Part shown: piece after piece, positions 11,284 to 20,477 of the stretch
How the letters are laid out: each line of letters opens with the position of its first letter
How positions within the stretch are numbered: position 1 is the stretch's first letter
NCBI GenBank assembly: GCA_965215275.1
Contig: OZ244044.1
Coordinates: 96,001 to 160,000 of the forward strand
Direction: 5' to 3'
From: Thermodesulfobacteriota bacterium
GTDB lineage: Bacteria; Desulfobacterota_D; UBA1144; Nemesobacterales; JAJCZQ01
Length of the DNA: 64,000 bases
Notes under the pieces: generated by a model
The model's database searches: none
Told to the model about the DNA's origin: nothing
Seen by the model: only the letters and a program-made list of their open reading frames with translations
Position numbers and translations under genes: made by a program

Positions 11284-11637
11284 ATGGGATACGGCTATAA
11301 AAGATCCAGGCAAGTTGGTGAGCAGCTAATGCGCGAAATTTCCAATATGATAACGATCGGTGAGATCAGGGACCCTAGGGTAAGGTCGGTCGTTATAACG
11401 AATTTCCATCTGTCGGACGACCTGGGATATTTAAAACTTTACTTTATGACCATTTCAGACGGTTTTGATATAAGCAGCGTTAAACAGGGACTGGACAGTG
11501 CTGCTAAATTCATCAGACAAAGGCTGGGAAGCAGAGTAAGGTTAAAAAAACTGCCAAAAATAGAATTTGAATACGATAAGGTATTAGAAAGTGGTTATAA
11601 AATTGATGGTCTTATAAAAGAGGTGATATGTGACTGA
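11284..11637 (+). CDS. rbfA: Ribosome-binding factor A
   Basis: IRDPRV, LSDDL, IRQRLGSRVRLKKLPKIEFEYD; alternative GTG start at 11275. Confidence 0.92.
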   Translation: MGYGYKRSRQVGEQLMREISNMITIGEIRDPRVRSVVITNFHLSDDLGYLKLYFMTISDGFDISSVKQGLDSAAKFIRQRLGSRVRLKKLPKIEFEYDKVLESGYKIDGLIKEVICD

Positions 11638-12625
11638 CCATCTGGAACAGGTTACCAGGGCCGTTTTAAAGTGTAAAAGCCTTTTGCTGGCATCCCATGA
11701 AAGCCCTGATTGTGACGCTCTTGGTTCAATGCTTGCGTTAGGACATGGTTTGTCAGGTATAGGCAAGAGAGTTGAAATGTACAGTTCAGACGGTATTCCT
11801 GATCACCTGAAGTTCTTACCGGGCTGGAAAAAGATCGTAACTGACCTGTCCATATTAAAGGAAGAAAAATACGACCTGATAGTGCTTCTGGACTGTACGG
11901 ACGTATACAGGCCGGGAAAGGCCTTTGGAAAGCTCGTTAGCGGTTTTGATAAAACGCTGGTCATAATTGATCATCACTTCACTAATAAAAGTGACTGTGA
12001 TATATCTCTTGTGGATCATAACGTTGCCTGTACGGGCATTTTAGTCCATAAACTGCTCAAGCGATGCAGTATAGAGATCAGCAAGGACATAGCTGATTGT
12101 ATATTGTCGGCGATAATAGGTGATACCGGGTCTTTTCGTTATTCAAATACGAACTCCGAAGCTCTGCGAACATCAGGGGAGTTACTGGAAGCCGGTGCTG
12201 ACCTGACGATGGTGACGCGGTCGATATACGAGAACGAACCACTGAAAAAAATAAAATTGATCTCGGAGGTAATAAATACCCTTGAGGTGGACGATACGAA
12301 AAAAATAGCATCATTATACGTTGATGAGTCAATGTATAAGAGGACCGGCACGACAAAAGAGGATACGGAAGGTATCATTAATATAGCAAGAAGTATAAAC
12401 GGTGTTTCTGTCAGCGTTTTTTTTAAGCAGGACCGTGTGAACGGCAGTGACCGCATGCCGAGCTGGAGAGTGAGCCTAAGATCAAAATATGATGTGGACG
12501 TTTCTAAAATTGCACAGAGATTTGGAGGTGGTGGACACGTTAAAGCCGCCGGACTATCGATCGAGGGCAGTATAAAAAGCGTTAAAGACAGAGTTCTGCA
12601 ATCTGTTAAAGAAGCTGTCAGATGA
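11630..12625 (+). CDS. nrnA: DHH/DHHA1 phosphoesterase (NrnA-like)
   Basis: HESPDCDALGS, IIDHH, GDTGSF, FGGGGHVKAAG. Confidence 0.88.
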   Translation: MTDHLEQVTRAVLKCKSLLLASHESPDCDALGSMLALGHGLSGIGKRVEMYSSDGIPDHLKFLPGWKKIVTDLSILKEEKYDLIVLLDCTDVYRPGKAFGKLVSGFDKTLVIIDHHFTNKSDCDISLVDHNVACTGILVHKLLKRCSIEISKDIADCILSAIIGDTGSFRYSNTNSEALRTSGELLEAGADLTMVTRSIYENEPLKKIKLISEVINTLEVDDTKKIASLYVDESMYKRTGTTKEDTEGIINIARSINGVSVSVFFKQDRVNGSDRMPSWRVSLRSKYDVDVSKIAQRFGGGGHVKAAGLSIEGSIKSVKDRVLQSVKEAVR

Positions 12626-13539
12626 ATGGAGCATTGATACTGAACAAGCCGGAAGGTATTACTTCGAACGGGGCTCTGAGCAAGGTTAAGAAACTACTGA
12701 ACTGTAAGAAAGCAGGTCATACCGGAACGCTGGACCCTTTTGCCACTGGTGTGCTTCCAATACTTTTTAATGAAGCCACAAAGGTTATTCCATATCTTAT
12801 GGACAGCGTTAAAGAGTACATTGGAACCATGGAACTGGGCGTTTCAACCGACACGCTTGACAAGACGGGTAATGTAATAAATAAAAATAAAATTGGAAAA
12901 ATCAGTGAAAGTGATATAATAAAATGTTTTTGTAAATATAAGGGAGACATTAAACAGACGCCTCCCATGTTTTCCGCAGTTAAAAAAAAAGGCGTCAGGT
13001 TATACAGTTTGGCAAGAAAGGGTATAAGCGTTGAGAGGGAGTTAAAGGACGTCAGAATAGAGAAATTGGAACTGCTGGATTACAGACCACCTCATGTGCA
13101 GTTTTATGTAAAGTGTTCACGGGGGACTTATATAAGGTCTTTAAGTGGGGATATTGGTAATGACCTGGGATGCGGCGGATATCTTAAAGTACTGAAAAGG
13201 ATCTCCAGTGGGCAATTTTCGATCGATGATTCGTTTACCATTGAAGATATAAAGAGTTCAGATTTCAAGATAATAAAACTGAACGATTTACTGGGTCACC
13301 TGGGATCGATCGAGGTAAGTGATGAGATTGCCAGTATAATACGCGATGGAAAAAAGCTGTTGAAAAGTTACTTTACCGGGGTTTTATTTCCGAATTTTGA
13401 AGGATCAGAGATATTGGCCGTTAAGAACAGCGGCGACCTTATGGCAATAACAAGAGCGCAGGTTCCATCTGACAGAATAAGCAGCCTGGACGATAAGGAT
13501 ATAATTTTAAAGGTTTTACGAGTTATTAACGTCAATTGA
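12622..13539 (+). CDS. truB: tRNA pseudouridine(55) synthase
   Basis: KAGHTGTLDPFATGVL, QTPPMFSA, CSRGTYIRSL. Confidence 0.96.
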   Translation: MNGALILNKPEGITSNGALSKVKKLLNCKKAGHTGTLDPFATGVLPILFNEATKVIPYLMDSVKEYIGTMELGVSTDTLDKTGNVINKNKIGKISESDIIKCFCKYKGDIKQTPPMFSAVKKKGVRLYSLARKGISVERELKDVRIEKLELLDYRPPHVQFYVKCSRGTYIRSLSGDIGNDLGCGGYLKVLKRISSGQFSIDDSFTIEDIKSSDFKIIKLNDLLGHLGSIEVSDEIASIIRDGKKLLKSYFTGVLFPNFEGSEILAVKNSGDLMAITRAQVPSDRISSLDDKDIILKVLRVINVN

Positions 13540-13561
13540 TCATTTTAGGAGGGATGAGAAG

Positions 13562-13831
13562 ATGCCACTTGATCGGGAAGAGAAATTAGAGGTTATAAAA
13601 GAGTATTCAGGTTCTGAAAAGAACGTTGGTTCTACCGAAGTTCAGATAGCGTTGCTATCAAAAATGATAGACAGGTTGTCAGTTCACATGAAGCAAACCC
13701 CCAAAGACAATCATTCGCAAAGGGGATTAGTACAGCACGTAGCGAAAAGAAGAAAGTTATTAAATTATCTTAAGCAAAAAAATTCACAAAAATATAGTGA
13801 TTTAATCCAAAAATTAGGGTTAAGAAAGTAA
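13562..13831 (+). CDS. rpsO: 30S ribosomal protein S15
   Basis: 89 aa; GSTEVQIALL, KDNHSQRGL, LGLRK. Confidence 0.97.
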   Translation: MPLDREEKLEVIKEYSGSEKNVGSTEVQIALLSKMIDRLSVHMKQTPKDNHSQRGLVQHVAKRRKLLNYLKQKNSQKYSDLIQKLGLRK

Positions 13832-13850
13832 AACTATTAGGAGGTTTTCC

Positions 13851-15962
13851 TTGCCGATTCCACATAAAACAACAGAGAAGCAGCTTTTTGAAAAAAACTA
13901 TAGGTTCGAGATAGGAAAAGTAGCAAAACAAGCGAGCGGTTCCGTTCTGGCGACGTATGAAGGTACGACGATACTTGCTACCGTTGTAGCGGAAAAAGAA
14001 GGGCTGGAGGGTGAGGATTTTCTTCCTCTTACAATTAACTATCAGGAGAAATCCTATGCAGCCGGTAAAATACCAGGTGGTTACTTTAAAAGGGAAGGAA
14101 GACCCTCAGAACAGGAAGTTTTGATATCCAGGCTTATAGACAGACCGCTCAGACCGTTAATACCCAAGGAGTTTAATTACCCGACGCAGGTTATGGTAAC
14201 CGTTCTGTCGGCCGATGGTAAGAACCCTCCGGACGTCCTGTCACTCAATGCTGCGTCCGCGGCCATAATGTTATCCGATATACCGTTCGAAGGTCCGATA
14301 GCGGGGGTTAGAGTAACAAGAATAGATAATGAGTTTATCTGCAATCCCACTAAAGACCAGATCGAACTGGGTGATATGGATATCGTTGTTGCTGGTTCTC
14401 AGGAGGCTTTGGTTATGGTCGAAGGTGGAGCAAAGGAAGCAGCTGAATCCGATGTTATTGATGGATTGTTGTTTGCCCATGACTGTATAAGGGAGTTTAT
14501 CAAGATGCAGGAAGAAATGGTAGACGGTCTGGATATTGAAAAAAGGGTCGTAAGATCATCTGATATTGATCCGGAATTAAAGAAAGCGGTTTATGAACTT
14601 GCCGGACCAAAGCTCCATGAGTCCCTCATCGCGGACTCTAAGTCCTCAAGGAAAAACAACATACAGAGCATTTATCAGGAGACAACGGAAAAATTAACGG
14701 TGGATCTTGAAGATGATGCGGACGGTATTGCGAAATCCTATGAAAGTTTATTGAAAGAAGTTATGAGAGAAATAGTGGTCAAAAAAAAGATCAGGCTCGA
14801 TTCAAGGGATTATGAGACCGTAAGGGATATTGATATAGACGTATCTTTCCTGCCGCGAACTCACGGGTCCGCACTTTTTACAAGAGGAGAGACGCAGGCG
14901 GCGGTGGTCGCTACGCTGGGTACACCTTACGACCAGCAAAGGATTGACTCGCTGGATGGTGATATAACCAAAAAATTCATGCTTCATTATAATTTTCCTC
15001 CTTATTCCGTTGGAGAGACTTCAAACAGACTTAACCCCGGGCGTCGTGAGATCGGACACGGTGCACTGGCCGAGAGGGCTATCATACCGGTACTGCCGGA
15101 TAACGAAGATTTTCCTTATACAGTACGCGTTGTATCTGAGATCCTCGAGTCGAACGGCTCATCATCGATGGCTACCGTTTGCGGAACTTCCTTATCGTTA
15201 ATGGACGCAGGTGTGCCTATCAGCAAGCCCGTGGCAGGAATAGCCATGGGTCTGATCAAAGAAGGTGATGAATTTGTCATCTTATCGGATATTTTAGGTG
15301 ATGAAGACCACTTAGGGGACATGGATTTTAAAGTTGCCGGAACGCAGGATGGAATAACCGCTGTTCAGATGGACATCAAGGTCAGGGGCGTTACAAAGGA
15401 GATACTGGAAAAAGCACTGAACCAGGCAAAGGATGCCAGGCTTTTTGTGTTAGATAAAATGAACGCAGTGTTATCAGAGCCCAGAGAGGATACGTCTGAA
15501 TATGCTCCAAAGATAGACATCATGACCGTGCCTCAGGATAAGATCAAGGACGTTATAGGTCCCGGAGGTAAGAACATTAAAAAGATCATTGAGGTCACAG
15601 GCGCCCAGATAGACATAAACGATGCTGGCGTAGTGACGATCGCTTCTCCGGATTCAGCTTCCTGTCAGAATGCCATTAAGTATGTAAACACCTTAATTGA
15701 AGAGGTGGAGATAGGTAAGGTATATATAGGTAAAGTGAAGAGAATACTGGATTTTGGGGCAGTTGTGGAACTTGTGAACGGGAAGGATGGACTGGTCCAT
15801 ATATCGGAACTCTCAACAAGCAGGGTCAAAAGCGTCTCGGATATCCTGAGCGAAGGTGATGAGATATTAGTTAAGTGTATTACAAAAGAAAGGGACGGAC
15901 GAATAAGATTGAGCAGAAAAGGGGCATTGGATGAAAATATAGAAGATTATAAAACCGTTTAA
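13851..15962 (+). CDS. pnp: Polyribonucleotide nucleotidyltransferase
   Basis: KREGRP, RREIGHG, ESNGSSSMA, GDMDFKVAGT, KH and S1 domains. Confidence 0.98.
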   Translation: MPIPHKTTEKQLFEKNYRFEIGKVAKQASGSVLATYEGTTILATVVAEKEGLEGEDFLPLTINYQEKSYAAGKIPGGYFKREGRPSEQEVLISRLIDRPLRPLIPKEFNYPTQVMVTVLSADGKNPPDVLSLNAASAAIMLSDIPFEGPIAGVRVTRIDNEFICNPTKDQIELGDMDIVVAGSQEALVMVEGGAKEAAESDVIDGLLFAHDCIREFIKMQEEMVDGLDIEKRVVRSSDIDPELKKAVYELAGPKLHESLIADSKSSRKNNIQSIYQETTEKLTVDLEDDADGIAKSYESLLKEVMREIVVKKKIRLDSRDYETVRDIDIDVSFLPRTHGSALFTRGETQAAVVATLGTPYDQQRIDSLDGDITKKFMLHYNFPPYSVGETSNRLNPGRREIGHGALAERAIIPVLPDNEDFPYTVRVVSEILESNGSSSMATVCGTSLSLMDAGVPISKPVAGIAMGLIKEGDEFVILSDILGDEDHLGDMDFKVAGTQDGITAVQMDIKVRGVTKEILEKALNQAKDARLFVLDKMNAVLSEPREDTSEYAPKIDIMTVPQDKIKDVIGPGGKNIKKIIEVTGAQIDINDAGVVTIASPDSASCQNAIKYVNTLIEEVEIGKVYIGKVKRILDFGAVVELVNGKDGLVHISELSTSRVKSVSDILSEGDEILVKCITKERDGRIRLSRKGALDENIEDYKTV

Positions 15963-15977
15963 TAATTAACTGTAACA

Positions 15978-16913
15978 TTGCTGAACAACTCAACAATTCC
16001 TAAAATAATAGCTGTTTTAGGTCCTACGGCAGTCGGAAAGTCAAAGTTTGCCATTGAATTAGCACAAAAGATCGATGCCGAGATAATAAGTGCTGATTCC
16101 ATACAGATTTACAGATATTTTGATATAGGTACTTCAAAACCTTCTCATGCTGAAAGAAGGTCTGTCCCTCATCATTTAATTGACATCAGATATCCAGATC
16201 AGGATTTTAGCGCCGGATCATACAGAGAGGCGGCGACCAGGATAATAAACGAGCTGAGTAGGAAAAACAGGAGAATAATTATCGTTGGTGGAAGTTTTCT
16301 GTACATCAGGGTTCTGTTGTCGGGATTGATAGAGAATGTGCCCGCAAATGCAGACGTCAGGAAGGAAATTGAAAAAGTTAAGAGTGAAAAGGGAACGGAA
16401 TACCTTTATAACGAGTTGAGGCAGATAGATGCTGACTATACCGATAAAATAAACAGGAACGATTTTATAAGGATACAAAGAGCACTGGAGGTATATTACT
16501 TAACGGGTACTAAGATATCTGAGCTGCACAAAACCCATGGGTTTAGCGGGAATGAATATAATGCGTTAAGACTGGCATTATATTCTGACCCTGAACGTCT
16601 CAACGGGATTATCAATAATCGAGTTGATACCATAATGCAAAAAGGATTAGTGGAAGAAGTAAGGTATATTCGCTCGCTTGGTTACTCAAAAGACGCAAAA
16701 CCGATGGGATCTATCGGGTACAAGGAAATAAATCAATATCTGGATTCAGAGATCGACTTTGAAGAAGCGGTCGAACTGATCAAGAGAAATACACGCAGAT
16801 TTGCAAAAAGACAGATGACCTGGATCAGAGGAGAGGATGACCTGCGGTGGTATGAGATAGAAAGGGAAAAGGAAAAGCTGATGCAGGACTGTCTGGATTT
16901 TTATGGTCTATAG
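15978..16913 (+). CDS. miaA: tRNA dimethylallyltransferase
   Basis: GPTAVGKS, SADSIQIY, DIGTSKP, TRRFAKRQMTW. Confidence 0.96.
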   Translation: MLNNSTIPKIIAVLGPTAVGKSKFAIELAQKIDAEIISADSIQIYRYFDIGTSKPSHAERRSVPHHLIDIRYPDQDFSAGSYREAATRIINELSRKNRRIIIVGGSFLYIRVLLSGLIENVPANADVRKEIEKVKSEKGTEYLYNELRQIDADYTDKINRNDFIRIQRALEVYYLTGTKISELHKTHGFSGNEYNALRLALYSDPERLNGIINNRVDTIMQKGLVEEVRYIRSLGYSKDAKPMGSIGYKEINQYLDSEIDFEEAVELIKRNTRRFAKRQMTWIRGEDDLRWYEIEREKEKLMQDCLDFYGL

Positions 16914-17378
16914 ACCTGGATCGTTTATCTCTTCTTCTATTTTTTTCAGATAGCCTTCTTTATCCTTTTCAACGGTATTTTTCATAGCCGTCCTGTTCCT
17001 GGAGTATATGAACCTTATCATAATAAAAAAGCCCAGTATAATGACCAGCAGCGGAGCAAGCCATACTATCAGCCTTATACCTCTGGTGGGAGGCGAGGCC
17101 AGTACCGATTCTCCATATCTTTCAGTGAAATAGCTAAAGATCTCCTGTCTGGACTCTCCAGCTTCCAGCTTTCTTTTTATTATCTCTCTGAAATCATTTG
17201 CCAGTGCCGAGTTTGATTCCGCTACCGTCTGTCCCCTGCAGACCGGACACATCAGTTCATCCGATATATCAGATACTTTTTTTTCTATGGATCCATATAC
17301 CTCGGGAGCAGGTAACAACATTAAGGACAGAAGCAGTATCTTAACTATGGAAAGAGATAGATGTACCGTTTTATACAT
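16908..17378 (-). CDS. ccmH: Cytochrome c biogenesis protein CcmH
   Basis: LMCPVCRGQTVAESNS, YGESVLASPP plus TM helix; start at the second Met is inferred. Confidence 0.85.
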   Translation of the reverse strand: MYKTVHLSLSIVKILLLSLMLLPAPEVYGSIEKKVSDISDELMCPVCRGQTVAESNSALANDFREIIKRKLEAGESRQEIFSYFTERYGESVLASPPTRGIRLIVWLAPLLVIILGFFIMIRFIYSRNRTAMKNTVEKDKEGYLKKIEEEINDPGL

Positions 17379-17394
17379 ACAGGTATTATAACAC

Positions 17395-17919
17395 TTATTC
17401 AGCAAGTAGCTTTCCAAGGAAGTGATCTGTAACGTTGTCAGTAAGTTGTCCCTGAAATCTGTTAACTACTATCCCTTCTTTACTGATGAAGTACGTTTCG
17501 GGTACGCCCGCTATTCCGTAATTAACGTGTATTTCGTTATCCGGATCAAAACCGTTAGAGTAATCTGGCCGGTGTTTATTTATAAAACTGACGGCATTTT
17601 CGTACTTGTCCCAAATATTAACCCCAATGAAAACAGTGTCTTTATCCCGGTATTTTCTATATGATCTGTTTATGACCTCCAGTTCCTCAACGCAGGGTAT
17701 ACACCATGAAGACCAGAAATTGAGAACGATCGCCTTACCGTCGAGAGAACCAGAGTTCAGGTTCTTACCGTCAAATGTTGTCAGGTTAAATGGCGGGTAT
17801 TGTTTTCCGGTCAGAGAAGAACTGTTCAGGTTAGTGTTATTTTGAAACAATGCCAGATACATTATAAGTATAAATAAGACTATTATGGTAAAGACCAGAG
17901 TTAACGAGATATTCTTCAT
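17395..17919 (-). CDS. Membrane-anchored TlpA/CcmG-like thiol-disulfide oxidoreductase
   Basis: N-terminal TM, LNFWSSWCIPCVEE, YGIAGVPETYFI. Confidence 0.85.
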   Translation of the reverse strand: MKNISLTLVFTIIVLFILIMYLALFQNNTNLNSSSLTGKQYPPFNLTTFDGKNLNSGSLDGKAIVLNFWSSWCIPCVEELEVINRSYRKYRDKDTVFIGVNIWDKYENAVSFINKHRPDYSNGFDPDNEIHVNYGIAGVPETYFISKEGIVVNRFQGQLTDNVTDHFLGKLLAE

Positions 17920-17940
17920 GCTTTTTAGTTTAAACTGCTG

Positions 17941-20133
17941 ATGAACAGACTGATCATTGTATCGAACAGATTACCTATCACTGCAAATATTGATAGTGAA
18001 AAAATAAGAATAAATCCAAGTGTCGGGGGATTGACCACGGGTATGAGTTCTTTAAAGACCTGGCGGGAAAGCCTGTGGATCGGGTGGCCTGGGATCGATA
18101 TAACAAAAAGTTCAAAGAAAAACGAAGGCAAATTAAAAAGACTTTTAAAAAAAGATAACTTATATCCGGTATTTCTTACGGACCAGGAGATCGATGATTA
18201 TTACCATGGGTTTTCAAATGAAACTATCTGGCCCCTTTTTCACTACTTTCCTCAATACGCCGTCTATGATAAGAAGTTCTGGAGTTCATACAGGGAAGTA
18301 AACGGGAAGTTCAGCAAAATAGTTTTAGAGACAGCAAGACCGGATGACATTATATGGATACATGATTATCATTTAATGTTATTACCTAAGCTCATAAGAG
18401 AGAAGCTCCCTAAAGTTCAGATCGGTTTCTTTCTGCACATCCCGTTCCCTTCTTCCGAGATATTCAGGCTTTTACCTTGGAGAAATGAAATAATTGAAGG
18501 TTTGCTTGGTTCCGATCTGATAGGCTTTCATACTTTTGACTATGTAAGGCATTTTGCAGAAAGTGTAAGAAGGATAATAGGTATTGAGCACCATCTGGGC
18601 AAGTTTACCGCCGATCAAAGACCTATAAAAACCGATGCGTTCCCAATGGGTATCGATTTTGAGAAGTATTCCAGGGCTCCGCAAAAAGATATAGTGAAAG
18701 AAAAGGTCAGACGTATAAAGAGAATAATAGGCGGTGGTCATACTTTGATCCTGTCCATAGACAGGCTGGACTACACAAAAGGTATCCCCCAGAGGCTGGA
18801 GGCATATAAGCTTTTCTTGGAGAACAATCCTGAATACAGAGAGAAGGTGATCTTTTATCTTATAATCGTTCCGTCAAGAACGGAGGTGCCTCACTATAAG
18901 CAGCTTAAAGAGCAGATAGATAATCTGATCGGCAATATAAACGGACAGTTCGGCACTCTGAGCTGGAACCCTATCAGGTATCTGTACAGATCTTTTGATT
19001 TCGACAACCTTATCGCTCTTTACTCTCTCGCGGATATTTTATTCATAACGCCTTTAAGGGACGGAATGAACCTTGTTGCCAAGGAGTTCGTTGCAGCAAA
19101 GATGGACAGTGCCAAAGGTGTGTTGATATTAGGGGAGATGGCAGGTACGGCGAAAGAGCTCGGTGAGGCAATAGTTATAAATCCCAACGATGTTGAACAG
19201 ACCTCCAGTGCTTTAAAAATGGCGATTGAAATGCCTCATAGCGATCAGAGAACAAGAATGATGGCAATGCAGAAGAGATTAAAGAGATACGATATTACAC
19301 GGTGGGCCGGGGATTTTATGGAAAGCCTTGGTAATATAAAAATTGTAAGGGATAAGATGCATTCGGTTGAGATCTCGATTGATGCGATGAATAAACTGAC
19401 CAGCAGGTATAAGAAAAGAAAAAACTGCCTGTTCTTGCTTGATTATGATGGTTCTCTGGTGGAATTTGATAAAGACCCTTTAAAAACGTCACCTGATGCT
19501 GAGCTGTCGAAGGTACTGAAGCGTCTCTCAAATGATAAAAGGAACGAAGTCGTCGTTATAAGCGGACGAGATAAGGGGATACTGGAAAAATGGCTTGTAA
19601 GTCTGACCAATGGTTTAGCGGCCGAGCACGGGATATGGATCAAGGAAGCAAGGGAAAGATGGAAAACTATCGAGCAGTTATCTACGGATTGGAAAAAAGA
19701 GATAAGGCCCATACTGGAACTTTTCGTTGACAGAACCCCTAATTCTTTTGTAGAGGAGAAAAAATATTCTCTTGCTTGGCATTACAGAAAAGTAGACCCT
19801 GCACTTGCCATAGTAAGGGTGGGAGAACTTAAAGACACTTTGTCACATAAAATGGTCAACATGGAAGTTGGCGTGCTTGAGGGTAATAAGGTGGTTGAAA
19901 TTAAGTTCTCAGGAATTAACAAAGGCAGGGCGGTACTTTTCTGGCTTACAAAGAAAAAATGGGATTTGATAATAGCGATAGGGGACGACTGGACCGATGA
20001 GGATATGTTCGACGTGCTTCCAAGCGATACGTTCTCTATCAAAGTGGGACATGGTGCTTCAAAGGCAAAGTACAGGCTGCCTAATGTGCAGTATGCACGG
20101 GATTTTCTAAATCAGCTTTCGAAGATCAGCTGA
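17941..20133 (+). CDS. Bifunctional trehalose-6-phosphate synthase/phosphatase (OtsA-OtsB fusion)
   Basis: IVSNRLP, WIHDYHL, FLHIPFP, DRLDYTKG, DGMNLVAKE; HAD domain LDYDGSL, GDDWTDED. Confidence 0.95.
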   Translation: MNRLIIVSNRLPITANIDSEKIRINPSVGGLTTGMSSLKTWRESLWIGWPGIDITKSSKKNEGKLKRLLKKDNLYPVFLTDQEIDDYYHGFSNETIWPLFHYFPQYAVYDKKFWSSYREVNGKFSKIVLETARPDDIIWIHDYHLMLLPKLIREKLPKVQIGFFLHIPFPSSEIFRLLPWRNEIIEGLLGSDLIGFHTFDYVRHFAESVRRIIGIEHHLGKFTADQRPIKTDAFPMGIDFEKYSRAPQKDIVKEKVRRIKRIIGGGHTLILSIDRLDYTKGIPQRLEAYKLFLENNPEYREKVIFYLIIVPSRTEVPHYKQLKEQIDNLIGNINGQFGTLSWNPIRYLYRSFDFDNLIALYSLADILFITPLRDGMNLVAKEFVAAKMDSAKGVLILGEMAGTAKELGEAIVINPNDVEQTSSALKMAIEMPHSDQRTRMMAMQKRLKRYDITRWAGDFMESLGNIKIVRDKMHSVEISIDAMNKLTSRYKKRKNCLFLLDYDGSLVEFDKDPLKTSPDAELSKVLKRLSNDKRNEVVVISGRDKGILEKWLVSLTNGLAAEHGIWIKEARERWKTIEQLSTDWKKEIRPILELFVDRTPNSFVEEKKYSLAWHYRKVDPALAIVRVGELKDTLSHKMVNMEVGVLEGNKVVEIKFSGINKGRAVLFWLTKKKWDLIIAIGDDWTDEDMFDVLPSDTFSIKVGHGASKAKYRLPNVQYARDFLNQLSKIS

Positions 20134-20233
20134 GGAGCGTGACCGGACGGTAAGATCATGTATTGAAACCTGTATACGGGGTCGGGAACTTTTCAGACCT
20201 TTACCACTGCTGAAAAATGAAATGGTCCGGAAA

Positions 20234-20449
20234 TTATCGGTCGTTCAGTAACAGCGGAACGATATCTTTAAGGACGTCCGAGTCTTTCTCACTGATATTT
20301 ACAAGGATACTTTTAATATCGTCCCACAAGACGTCGGGTTTTTTTGTCTCGTTCTTTAACTTTAAAAGCAGTACCTTTAGCTCCTGGTCGGTCAGTCTGT
20401 TTATATACTCGCTAAGAAAACCATTTTTATTTTTTTTATCTTCAGACAT
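20234..20449 (-). CDS. Small hypothetical protein
   Basis: 71-aa ORF filling the intergenic space; helical, charged composition. Confidence 0.55.
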   Translation of the reverse strand: MSEDKKNKNGFLSEYINRLTDQELKVLLLKLKNETKKPDVLWDDIKSILVNISEKDSDVLKDIVPLLLNDR

Positions 20450-20477
20450 ATTAGTATAAAATAAAAATAACCGTTAA